This document shows, in pieces, positions 42,230 through 52,100 of a stretch of DNA of 64,000 nt. Below the pieces are notes generated by a model that worked only from the letters and a program-made list of their open reading frames with translations, was not told the origin of the DNA and made no database searches. Within the stretch, counting starts at the first letter, position 1; each line of letters opens with the position of its first letter. Both the position numbers and the translations under genes were made by a program. The DNA comes from a virus. Where the stretch lies: positions 32,001 to 96,000 of the IMG/VR virus record IMGVR_UViG_3300043788_000060. The stretch is one strand, 5' to 3'.

Positions 42230-45200
42230 ATGCCCAATAACCTTCAAAAAGTCGGAGCACAGCCCAGCAGGCCCGCACGGTTTGGCGTTCTCTGGCACAA
42301 CAATTTCTATCTCGGCATGGTTACTCAGCGGAATCCGCTGCACAGCTACCTGCAACACATCGAAGAGGAGTTTTACGGAAACCAACCGGCGCTGATTGGC
42401 GGGTCTAATACCGAGGTCTCTACCAAGCTGACGTTAATCCGCAGACCGGGACACTCTGTCTACAACTCAAGTACCTTTCCGACAATAAACCGGTTCTACG
42501 AAAACCGGTTGTCGATTTTCAATGCCACCCAAACGACGACCACCGAGTCAATTCAGATCGTCGCAGATTGCGCACCTGTCACACAAGGACCGTTTACCTT
42601 CAATATTTCCAGTGTACAGGTTCTGAAAATTCAAACGAATTTCAGCATCATCCATCCTACATATACCTACTACGCTCTGGTAACTTTCTCGACGACTCTA
42701 CCAAGCGTTGTCTATGGACAAACTTTTACCTTTTCCGGTCTTACTGGATATACCGCCTTAAACGGACATGCGTTAATCGGCGTATCGTCCGTAATTAGAT
42801 ATCATTTGTCTGCTGGACCCAATCAGGCGCTTTTCTCGTTTGGGTCTGCTGCTTATCCAAATACCCCGGATACCGGAATAGCGACGGTTCCTGCTGTAAC
42901 CGGAGTAGGAACCGTAAGAGATGTTACCGGCCCTTCGACTAACAAAGTTCTGTTTTCTAAAACAGCGGGGGCCGGAACCGCGAGTTTTCAATCGGTCGGA
43001 AACACTCTATATTTTTCGGACGGCCCCGATCAGGAAAAACTGATTACCCCTAATCTAATCTGGTCGGCTAATCAGACTTTCAATACCGGAAACCAAGTTT
43101 TAGACACCAACGGAAATCTTCAGATCGTCCAAGGAACCGGAACAGCCACGATAACGGAAATCGCAGTTATCAGTTCTACTCTAGGAGTAGTCGGCGGTCC
43201 TACCCAATATTTCTTACAGATAACTTTCTCTTCCGAAGTGTTCTGGACTCAAGGAACACTCGTTACTTTCTCCGGGGTTACAACTTATACGTCTATAAAC
43301 GGTCAGACCCAGACCGTTGTGGTGAATCCTACCTATCTTCCTCCGGGAGTTAACACAGCTTATTTCACGACAGCAGCAATCACTACCTACGGTCCGGCGG
43401 TGGATACAGGCACAGCCACTTCTACGAATTCTACCGGCAGTGGAACCAGCGGAGGCACAACTCCTTCTTGGAGTCCAACAATAGGCGGATTTACTACCGA
43501 CGGAGATTTGACGTGGCAAAACTTCGGAATCCCTCTTTATAACTGGGCAGTACCCCCTCCGACTCTCCCCCCCACTTTAAGCATACCGTCTGGAAACAGA
43601 TACTGGCAGCCAAATTTTTCGGTTCCTCAGTGGTACTCCGTTTTAGACCAGAACAATCATATTCAGTTTGTATCCTCCCCGGGAATCACAGGAACCCAAC
43701 AACCTGTTTGGAGTAGCTTATACGATACCGGGTCTTCGTCCAACGGAGTTGTAGCGGGGTCTACTACAGACGGGACTGTAACTTGGCTAAACGCCGGTCC
43801 ATTAGGCACGTGGCAGGCCGACACGACGTATTATGTTTTCCAGTGTATCTTGGATTCAAACGGGAATATTCAAATCGCAGAAAGCGGAGGAACCAGCGGA
43901 GGCTCCGCGCCTGTCTGGAACACAACTATTGGAGTAACTACCACAGACAACACTATTACTTGGGTTTGTGCAGGTCCCGGTCACGTTATCATAACCGGAA
44001 ATGTATATTACGGGTATAGTTGGGTCTCTACGGACGGAAGTGTAACCACCTCCTCGCCAGTAGTTTCTCTAAATATCAACAGTGCGGTTTTAGGCCCCGC
44101 AGGAAACCCGATAGCGACAGTGTCCGGAAGTTTCCCGGCTGATCAACAGGTAACGCAGGCATGGGTATGGAGATCGGTTCAAGGTGGGTCAGCAGCAGAG
44201 TTATTCTTCGACTCTGCCCAGTACAACCCCACTCCCGGTGCCGGGTCTAACTGGTCGTTCAACGATGTAATCCCAGATGTTTATCTGAACGAACTAATTC
44301 AGGCACCTCTGGATGACCAAAACGATCCTCCTCCTGTAGGACTAACGGCTCTTGCCTATCACCTCAACCGCGTGTGGGGCTCCGTCGGAAATATTGTTTT
44401 CAGTTCTCAGACCTCCGGTATCGTCGGAAACCCCTACACAGCTTGGGACCCGGGAGTGTTCTTCACTTTCCCGGACACCGTGGTACGATTGTGGCCTACC
44501 TCAAACGGTCTGCTCGTATTTACGGTCGCCGATATTTTTGTCATTCAAGGATTGGGAGATGCTTCTAGTTCCTTCTTTTCGACACCGTTCTTACAAGGAA
44601 CGGGGCTTGCGAATTACGATGCTTTTACAGTAAAAGGCGCGATTCCGTATTTTTATACCACAGACAATCAGGTACTTACAATCGACCCAAGCACTGGACT
44701 ATCAGAAGTAGGGGCCCCGGTCGGAGATCAATTTGGTCCGAATAATGGAACAAACACCTTTCTTCCTTCTACGGCTCGGTTGACTTGGAATTTCTCCGGG
44801 TCGCAGGAAAAGGCGTTGTACGTTTCGGATTTCTCTCAGAACTGGTGGAGGATGTTACCCACCCCGTCTCCAGAAACCGGAACAACGTGGTGCCCAATGG
44901 CAACTATTGTCGGCGGGTTCTCCGCTGTTCAGTCGGTAGAAACTTCCCCGGGAATTCATAACTTGTTGCTGGGTCCACAGACGACCGGTCCGATTCTTAT
45001 GAGAGACCCGTCTGTCTATTCCGACAACGGTTCGTCGTACAGCGCCTATACCATAATCGGCAGCATAGTTCTGGCCCAGCCGGGACAATTGGCGTACATC
45101 AAATTGTTAACAACAGACTGTCAGGCAGTAGGAACTCCGATAACCCTTGAAGTTCAATTGGATGAGATAGCTCCGTTGTCTTCCGGGTATTTCGAACCCT

Positions 45201-45394
45201 TAACTTTGTATGTTCCTGATCCGACCCAGTTAACCGCCCCTAACAGCTTATATGCACAACGATTCTATATGTCGCAGACGCAACAACCGGCGGTATGCAG
45301 GCACTTCCAAGTTCTAGTTTCTTTTGGAACCGATGTTGTTAAGAACGAATTACTTAGCCTGTCTATTTTCGGTGCCTACGATCAAGAGGACTAA
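42230..45394 (+). CDS. tail nozzle / stabilization protein (P22 gp10 or T7 gp12-like) with inserted W-rich repeats
   Basis: LTLIRRPG N-terminus, propeller-like C-half (YHLNRVW, LLVFT), position before the ejection genes. Confidence 0.68.
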   Translation: MPNNLQKVGAQPSRPARFGVLWHNNFYLGMVTQRNPLHSYLQHIEEEFYGNQPALIGGSNTEVSTKLTLIRRPGHSVYNSSTFPTINRFYENRLSIFNATQTTTTESIQIVADCAPVTQGPFTFNISSVQVLKIQTNFSIIHPTYTYYALVTFSTTLPSVVYGQTFTFSGLTGYTALNGHALIGVSSVIRYHLSAGPNQALFSFGSAAYPNTPDTGIATVPAVTGVGTVRDVTGPSTNKVLFSKTAGAGTASFQSVGNTLYFSDGPDQEKLITPNLIWSANQTFNTGNQVLDTNGNLQIVQGTGTATITEIAVISSTLGVVGGPTQYFLQITFSSEVFWTQGTLVTFSGVTTYTSINGQTQTVVVNPTYLPPGVNTAYFTTAAITTYGPAVDTGTATSTNSTGSGTSGGTTPSWSPTIGGFTTDGDLTWQNFGIPLYNWAVPPPTLPPTLSIPSGNRYWQPNFSVPQWYSVLDQNNHIQFVSSPGITGTQQPVWSSLYDTGSSSNGVVAGSTTDGTVTWLNAGPLGTWQADTTYYVFQCILDSNGNIQIAESGGTSGGSAPVWNTTIGVTTTDNTITWVCAGPGHVIITGNVYYGYSWVSTDGSVTTSSPVVSLNINSAVLGPAGNPIATVSGSFPADQQVTQAWVWRSVQGGSAAELFFDSAQYNPTPGAGSNWSFNDVIPDVYLNELIQAPLDDQNDPPPVGLTALAYHLNRVWGSVGNIVFSSQTSGIVGNPYTAWDPGVFFTFPDTVVRLWPTSNGLLVFTVADIFVIQGLGDASSSFFSTPFLQGTGLANYDAFTVKGAIPYFYTTDNQVLTIDPSTGLSEVGAPVGDQFGPNNGTNTFLPSTARLTWNFSGSQEKALYVSDFSQNWWRMLPTPSPETGTTWCPMATIVGGFSAVQSVETSPGIHNLLLGPQTTGPILMRDPSVYSDNGSSYSAYTIIGSIVLAQPGQLAYIKLLTTDCQAVGTPITLEVQLDEIAPLSSGYFEPLTLYVPDPTQLTAPNSLYAQRFYMSQTQQPAVCRHFQVLVSFGTDVVKNELLSLSIFGAYDQED

Positions 45395-45624
45395 TGCCGT
45401 CAATCGCCTCCAGACTTCGTCCTAGTCTTCCCCGCATATCGGCAGTTCCCCCGGTTGCTCTTCAGCCGAAGCCCCCGATTCCTCCCCCGTCTCCGGGAAT
45501 TAGCTCCACTCTCCGGTCGCCACTTCCAAATATTGTTGTTACTCAACCAGACTCTCTTCGCCAGTATTACGCCGGAGGTAAAGTCCCTCAATACCGTTTT
45601 CCGCCTCTCAAACCAATTTCATAG
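45394..45624 (+). CDS. Pro-rich hypothetical protein
   Basis: TAATG overlap with the previous gene. Confidence 0.6.
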   Translation: MPSIASRLRPSLPRISAVPPVALQPKPPIPPPSPGISSTLRSPLPNIVVTQPDSLRQYYAGGKVPQYRFPPLKPIS

Positions 45625-45631
45625 GATATTT

Positions 45632-45934
45632 ATGCAATTCTTTCAGTGGATAGTTTCAAACTGGCAGGTAGTGTGCGGGTGGGTGACGGGAATTTTCGTT
45701 CTCAGTAAATTACTCAGAGGTTTTACTCGTCTTATTTCTTCCGTTCTGGCTGTAGTGACACGGTTCGAAAAAGCCGAAGGGACTTTAACTTCTTTGGCCA
45801 TCAATCATATCCCTCACTTACAAATGGAACTTGAGCGAGTTAACAAAGCATTAGATTCTCAAAGCTCACTACTTGAAAGTATGGACGAGATTCTGAAGAA
45901 AAGCTACGAGAAGCAGTTCGGAGATTATGTCTAA
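45632..45934 (+). CDS. membrane protein (holin-like)
   Basis: N-terminal TM segment plus coiled coil. Confidence 0.55.
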   Translation: MQFFQWIVSNWQVVCGWVTGIFVLSKLLRGFTRLISSVLAVVTRFEKAEGTLTSLAINHIPHLQMELERVNKALDSQSSLLESMDEILKKSYEKQFGDYV

Positions 45935-46331
45935 ACCTGTTTTTGTCAGATCGGTGAAACCGGACGAAGGTAAAATTTTTCTGGATTGGGTTCGAGAAAA
46001 TCCGGTCAATGAGTTCGATCCGGATGTTGCTTTGTTTCCGTCCAGCATTACGTGGTGCGCCTACGACAAAGATGGGCCCCTTGCGTACCAAACGGTACAG
46101 CGCCCTCTAATGTTGGAGTCTCTCGCCCCAAGACCCGGCGCAACAAAACAGCAGGTAGCTTCGGCCCTAAAAGAGCTAACTCAAAATGCTGTTACTCAAG
46201 CCGGATTGTCTGGGGCTGGTGAGATTTATTTCTTGGGCAGCGATTCGGCCACGAGCGAGTTTGCAACCAATCATATCTTCGAAGAAGTCAAGATGAAGGT
46301 ATATCGCGTTAAGATCAAGGATTTGGAATGA
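45927..46331 (+). CDS. GNAT-like virion assembly protein (putative)
   Basis: 134 aa in the position where podoviruses usually carry an acetyltransferase-like gene, before the ejection genes. Confidence 0.5.
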   Translation: MSKPVFVRSVKPDEGKIFLDWVRENPVNEFDPDVALFPSSITWCAYDKDGPLAYQTVQRPLMLESLAPRPGATKQQVASALKELTQNAVTQAGLSGAGEIYFLGSDSATSEFATNHIFEEVKMKVYRVKIKDLE

Positions 46332-47131
46332 GAATAACCACGTCAGCACAGTTTGTCTGGAGCGAGAAGCAGAATAAATATCTGCTCGTTAAAAAGTCGT
46401 CCATTATCTGGACTGGCGATATTTTGTATTGCAAGGGCGCGTCTGCCGCACAGGAGAATTTGGCGAATCAGCAGGCGCAATTCTACCAAACACTGACTTC
46501 GGATTACGGACAGCAATTCGCAAATCAATCAGCAATTCTTAATACTCTTCAGAATTCTTTGAACCCTATCGTCCAAGCCGGACCAAACCAGTTCGGCTTC
46601 AGCCAAGCAGAGACCAACAACCTCAACGCGCAGGCTATCCAAGGAACCGGGGCGCAATACGCCAACGCCTCGAAAGCTTTGGGTGCCCAGCAGGCCGCAC
46701 AGGGCGGGGGAAATTCATATCTTCCAACCGGGGCGCAAGCCGCACAGCAAGGAGCGTTAGCTTCGTCTGCTGCAAATCAAGCTTCGAATCAACTTATGGG
46801 GGTTCAGCAGGCGGGTTACCAGCAAGGCTATAACCAATATCAATCTGCTATCGGCCAACTCGGCGGAGTAGCTTCTCAATACAATCCAACCGGATACGCC
46901 GGACAGGCAACTGGTGCCGGATCGTCTGCCTTCAATTCTGCAACTCAAGTTCAGCAAATGAACAACGCAGCAAGTCCGTGGAATGTAGTCGGCGGAATCC
47001 TCGGAGGAGCCGTAGGCGCAGGACTCGATGCGTTTACTGGCGGTCTTGGCGGGGCTGGGGCCAGCGCGTTAGGTGGCATGTTCAGTGGAGGTAATGGGGG
47101 ACCATCGACCGGCGGCGGACTAGATGACTAA
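46328..47131 (+). CDS. DNA ejection (pilot) protein
   Basis: Q/A/G/N-rich with a Gly-rich hydrophobic C-terminus. Confidence 0.7.
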   Translation: MRITTSAQFVWSEKQNKYLLVKKSSIIWTGDILYCKGASAAQENLANQQAQFYQTLTSDYGQQFANQSAILNTLQNSLNPIVQAGPNQFGFSQAETNNLNAQAIQGTGAQYANASKALGAQQAAQGGGNSYLPTGAQAAQQGALASSAANQASNQLMGVQQAGYQQGYNQYQSAIGQLGGVASQYNPTGYAGQATGAGSSAFNSATQVQQMNNAASPWNVVGGILGGAVGAGLDAFTGGLGGAGASALGGMFSGGNGGPSTGGGLDD

Positions 47132-47143
47132 CAGGAAAAAACA

Positions 47144-47539
47144 ATGAATGAAAAACGGATTGAGGCGTTAGTAGATGCAATCGCGAATTTGAAGGGGTCC
47201 ACGACCAACCCAGACGGCGTTTTGTATCAGATAAAGAACCCGACAGGAATACTCAGTTTTTCCCGTCCGGGTAAAAATGAAATAGACTCTGAAGGCCGAC
47301 GGATTTTCAAAAGCTGGCTTGCCGGATACAGGGCTGCGTGTTTTGACGCCGGTATTAAAATCGAGGGAAGGTCTCGTGCCGGAATCAAAGAAGAAGATCG
47401 CTTAGAAAACTTCCTTCGTGTAATGGGAATCGACCAACGACTTGGGCAACAGCAGGTTGTGAAGTTCCTACGCAGAGCCCTCAAGGATCAAAATATTACA
47501 CCAGAAACCCCGCTTTCGTATTTTCGTGAGGAGAACTAA
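47144..47539 (+). CDS. lysozyme-fold virion protein (divergent)
   Basis: KNPTGI...RIFKSWLAGYRA resembles the NNPGNI...F.S...G.RA motif family. Confidence 0.5.
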   Translation: MNEKRIEALVDAIANLKGSTTNPDGVLYQIKNPTGILSFSRPGKNEIDSEGRRIFKSWLAGYRAACFDAGIKIEGRSRAGIKEEDRLENFLRVMGIDQRLGQQQVVKFLRRALKDQNITPETPLSYFREEN

Positions 47540-49113
47540 TGCCTGATCCAGTTCCAAATCCCGTAGCCTCCGCAATAGTCACTCCTCCTCCGTCTCCTGT
47601 TCCTCCACAGGTTCAGAATCCTCCTGCGCCCGACCAACTACAACAGGGACCCGGTCCACAGAACGTTACACCTCCAACTCAAAATCAGCCGGTAAAACCC
47701 CCAAGCCCGTGGCAAAGAGCGGTTCACGCTTTACTGGGAAGTCAAACCGAATATCAGCAAACGCCTAACGGCCCGGTTCCTGTCCAAGTTCAGAACAAAC
47801 CCGGACAGCTATTTCGCAGCATTTTAGCCGGAGCTATTTTGGGTGCTGGAGCCGGGTCGGCAAACGCCGAACATGATGCAGGCAGCGGTTGGTCTGCTGC
47901 TGGTCGCGGTGCGGCTGCTGCGGCACAAAACCAGCAACAGCAGCAACAGCAACGTGCGGCGCAGGCCCAGAAACAGTGGGAGAACCAGAGGCAGGCACAA
48001 CAGGATAATCAGGAAGAAATGGTGCGTAAGGCACAAATTGCCGAGGCCAACGCCAACACCCTCCGGATTAACAAAGAGAGTAACGGTCTCGATTATACCC
48101 AACACAAAGAAATAGCCGATGCCGGAAAGGCCGCAGTTCAGGCTTACGATGACGCGGGAATACACCCGGTAGCTGAATCCATACCTGAGTCTCAAATGCA
48201 GCAGTATATCCAAGACCACCCCGGGTCGTCTTCCTTAGATTGGGAACACACCGGAGTAAAAACGGTTATTGGTGCTGACGGAACTCCCACCTACGAATAC
48301 ACTTTGTCCGCATACGATCCGAAAGGAAAAGTATCGGTTCCTCCGGTACTTTATGATCAATGGAAGAAAGACGGGGTTTTTGACAGATATCCGGAGTATG
48401 GTCAGATTCTAAAGGACGGTAAAACTCTGACCGCTAGTCAATATATTCAGGTCAAAAGGGATGCCGAAAAGGTTCAGGCAGATAATTTAGCCAAAACCAA
48501 TCAAGGACTCGAAACCACTCTGAAGCAGACTCAAATAGACGCAGCTAAGGCGGAGATCACGGAACGCAGAGCAGCGGCTTGGAACGATAGTTTGTCCGCA
48601 AAGGAAAAACAGGATCAGGAAAAAGAGAAGAACGAACTTAATACCGCTTGGGATCATTTGGCTAAAGCGGATAACGATCCTTCTAAATCTCCTATGACTG
48701 CCGAAGATCGGGTGGCTATTGCCAGAAACGCACAGCCCCTCATCCAAGATTCTTTGAATGCGATTAAAGTCGCAGCGGCGGACCCGTCTCAGGCCGATCA
48801 GCTTCCACAGCTTTGGGAAACCTACCACTCTCTGTCTAGGTTGGCTAATCTGGGCGGAGGAGGGTCCGCAGCCGATCCTATCCAAAAAACCGTGGATACC
48901 CTGAAAGGTAAAACTCCGCAGGAAATCCAAGCAGCACTCGACGACCCTAAGAACGGAGTTCCCGATGCAGCTAAAACGGAAATCTGGAAAAGGCTGGGAA
49001 TGGCTCCTCCGGCTTCTAAATCAGCCATTGCTCTTAACCCAGCAGGAAAAGCGGTATCTAATTTTGTTCAAACAGCCGCACCTGTCGTTGCCAATATCCC
49101 AGTAATACCATAA
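47539..49113 (+). CDS. DNA ejection protein
   Basis: P/Q-rich N-terminus, glycine-zipper segment, coiled coils. Confidence 0.68.
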   Translation: MPDPVPNPVASAIVTPPPSPVPPQVQNPPAPDQLQQGPGPQNVTPPTQNQPVKPPSPWQRAVHALLGSQTEYQQTPNGPVPVQVQNKPGQLFRSILAGAILGAGAGSANAEHDAGSGWSAAGRGAAAAAQNQQQQQQQRAAQAQKQWENQRQAQQDNQEEMVRKAQIAEANANTLRINKESNGLDYTQHKEIADAGKAAVQAYDDAGIHPVAESIPESQMQQYIQDHPGSSSLDWEHTGVKTVIGADGTPTYEYTLSAYDPKGKVSVPPVLYDQWKKDGVFDRYPEYGQILKDGKTLTASQYIQVKRDAEKVQADNLAKTNQGLETTLKQTQIDAAKAEITERRAAAWNDSLSAKEKQDQEKEKNELNTAWDHLAKADNDPSKSPMTAEDRVAIARNAQPLIQDSLNAIKVAAADPSQADQLPQLWETYHSLSRLANLGGGGSAADPIQKTVDTLKGKTPQEIQAALDDPKNGVPDAAKTEIWKRLGMAPPASKSAIALNPAGKAVSNFVQTAAPVVANIPVIP

Positions 49114-49125
49114 CCATAGGAAAGC

Positions 49126-52100
49126 ATGGCTACCGACTCAGTAGACCTAAGCAGCATCTGGGGGAATACCTCCGCTTCGGCTCCTCAATCTAGCTCGACC
49201 GACTTGAGCAAAATTTGGGGTTCGGGAGGGGGTGTTCCTCCTGTTGTGTCTCGGGCGCAAGAAACCCCTTCGTCCAGCATAGACCTCAGTTCAATCTGGG
49301 GCGGAGGAGAAGCTCGTCCGAATAATGGACAAACCGCCCCGTTACCGGTTCAGCACCTCTACCAAGACTCTTCGCAGCCGTGGTATAAACGGGCATGGGA
49401 TTTCGCGAATACACCACTGACCGAGAGCCTGTTCGGCCTACCCGAAGAACGCCAAGGCGCGGGTGGTTTTGAACGCGGGGTCGAACACATTGTTTCCGGA
49501 TTGACAAGTCCGCTTTCCGTGGCTCTAACCGCTGCTACGTTTGGGACCGGTGGAATCATTGAATCAGCCGGAGCTTCTGCACTCAAGGAAGCCGGTTTGA
49601 CGGCTGCTGAGATTGCGGACGCTACCAAGGCTTCCCAAGTCGCGGTGGACGCGGCTAAAGCCGTCCCAGAGGGCGCTACAGCTATTACTGACGCTGTCAA
49701 GGACGCTGGACTCGATCCGGCTCTCTGGAAGCGGGCACAGGGCATTTTGTATGACAACGGCCTGACCGAGCATGACCTGCTGGGGGGCAATGCTGTCGAG
49801 CGCGGGGCGTTCCAAGTTCTACGCAATACCGTACCCGATCTACCAATTGCCGTAACTGCGAGGGCCGCTAAAACCGCCAATACCCTGTTGAACGCAGGAT
49901 TCACCCTCCAACAATTGGAATCAGCATCCGCGATGTCCCCCCGGTTTTTGGATGCTCTTAAAGAGGGGGACTACGACCACGCCCTAGAATACGGCACAGA
50001 GATGTTTGCTTCGGGGGCCCTCGGAGTTCTGGGAGCAAGTCATGCCCTGCACTCCGCTGGCGAATTATTCAAACCCCTAGTTGAAAACAACGCCGTTCGT
50101 CCTTCCGACGAATGGAACGCGATTACCCGGGCCAACCAAGAGCGCGAAGCCCAGCACGCCGAAGCCGAACAACACGCCATCAATTTGTCCAAGCAAGCCA
50201 AGGATTTGCTAGGGCACGCGGAACCACGTCCGATTTTGGGTGATACCGCCGAAGTGAAATCCCAGAAGAATCTGGAACTGGCTACGGTTCTACATCAGAT
50301 TGTAACCGGCGGAGACCAGACGAAAGCTGCAACTTGGCATGACGCATTGGCCGAAGCCGCTGGCCGCACCGAAGAACCAACGCTGGTTCATCCGAATAAT
50401 GGACCGGTCGGCAACCCCGACGTTCAATCGCTGGCCGAAAGCTATACCAAATCCGCAGGCATCGACAAAACTCCACACGAAGGTCTGGTCACCGTAGACC
50501 CGGAAGCCGCGAAACGGGTTGCTGACGCCTACGAGGAGATGCAACATAACCCGAACGACCCGAAGGTCAAGGCGTCCTACGACGCTTTAATCCGGGAAAC
50601 CAAGGCCCAGTGGGATGCCGCTAAAGCCGCCGGATACAAACTAGAGCCGTGGCCGGAAGCTGGACAGCCCTACGCCAATTCCGCAGAAATGGCTGCGGAT
50701 GTTCGGGACAACAAGCACCTCTACTACTTCCAAGGCGGAGAAGTCCCAGAAGGGCACCCGCTCGCGCAGATAGACCCAGAAACCGGAGAAACCTACAACA
50801 ACATTTTCAGAGCGGTCCACGATTTATTGGGACACGCCAAAAACGGCTACGAGTTCGGCCCTCGTGGTGAAGAGAATGCTTTCTTAGCTCACAGCCGGAT
50901 GTACTCGGACGAAGCCATCCCCGCGCTGCTATCCGAAACCAAAGGCCAGAATTCATGGGTAAACTTCGGTAAGCACCTCCGCGACGAGAACGGAAATCTG
51001 CCCGCCAAAGGTGAGAAGGGTTTTATCCCACCGCCGGAAAGGCCCTACGCCGATCAGAAAGCTGGCATCCTACCTCCCGAGATCGTCAACCCGCATCTCG
51101 GCAAAGAACCTCAAGTAGGAACCCCGATTGAAACACCGAGTCGTGCCAACACCCAAGTCGTTCACTCGAACGCTGCGGGTGAAGTGCGTGTCGGCGCAGA
51201 CGGCAGACCGATTGTCTGGTTGAGCCCGGAGGCGTGGGAAGCGTATAATAGAATCGCGCACCCGGGTGCCATAATTCTAGGGGTCAGCTACTCTCCGGAC
51301 GAAGCTGCTGACATTGCCAAGAAACTGCTCAAAGCAAACGAACCGGGAGACGCCCAACAAGTTCTCGATTTGTTCTGGAAAGCCCAGAATGTTTCAAAAC
51401 AAGGATTGCTCACAGCGGCTAAAACCGGAACGGATGTCACGGTTGCTGCCGAGGAACTCCACCATACATGGGCCCGAGAATTGTCTAAGGACGGAGAAAT
51501 TGCAAACCATCTAAAACCCAAGCAGTGGATCAAACTAAATGATATAATACCCCCAGCTTGGACTGCGGACATGGATCGGCTGGGGTACGAAAAAGACCCG
51601 ATCTCCCGTGTCATAGAAACCGCACACCAGTTTAGGGCTGGAAAAGCAAAGGGTATAGTTCCAGATACCGATATTGTTCGGTTTTTGGACTCCTACTATT
51701 CCGAAGTTGAAGCAACCCACGGGAAGAATGTTCTTGAAGAAGCAAACAAAATCAATGACATTGCTGCCCAACACATAAAGGACATTTATGAAAACAGAAG
51801 AACGAGACAAACTACTCCAGAAGGTGGGCTGGCCGACCGACAAACAGACAACGGACAGCTACCTAGCGTGGAAGCAGGGCGGGAAACTGGGCCTCCTAAA
51901 GTGGGTTCAGGAGAACCACCAGAAGGCTTAACCGCCCGCGAAGACAAAGAATTCAGCAAACTTTCCGGTCTAAAACTCCGTGTAGGAATGGGAGACGCGG
52001 GGAGTGCCGGTTTAGTAACTGGGGACAACGATGTATTGATTGGTAGAGACCACGCCGAACTCGCAAGAGAAGCTGGGTACAAAGCTACGCCTGCTGTCGG

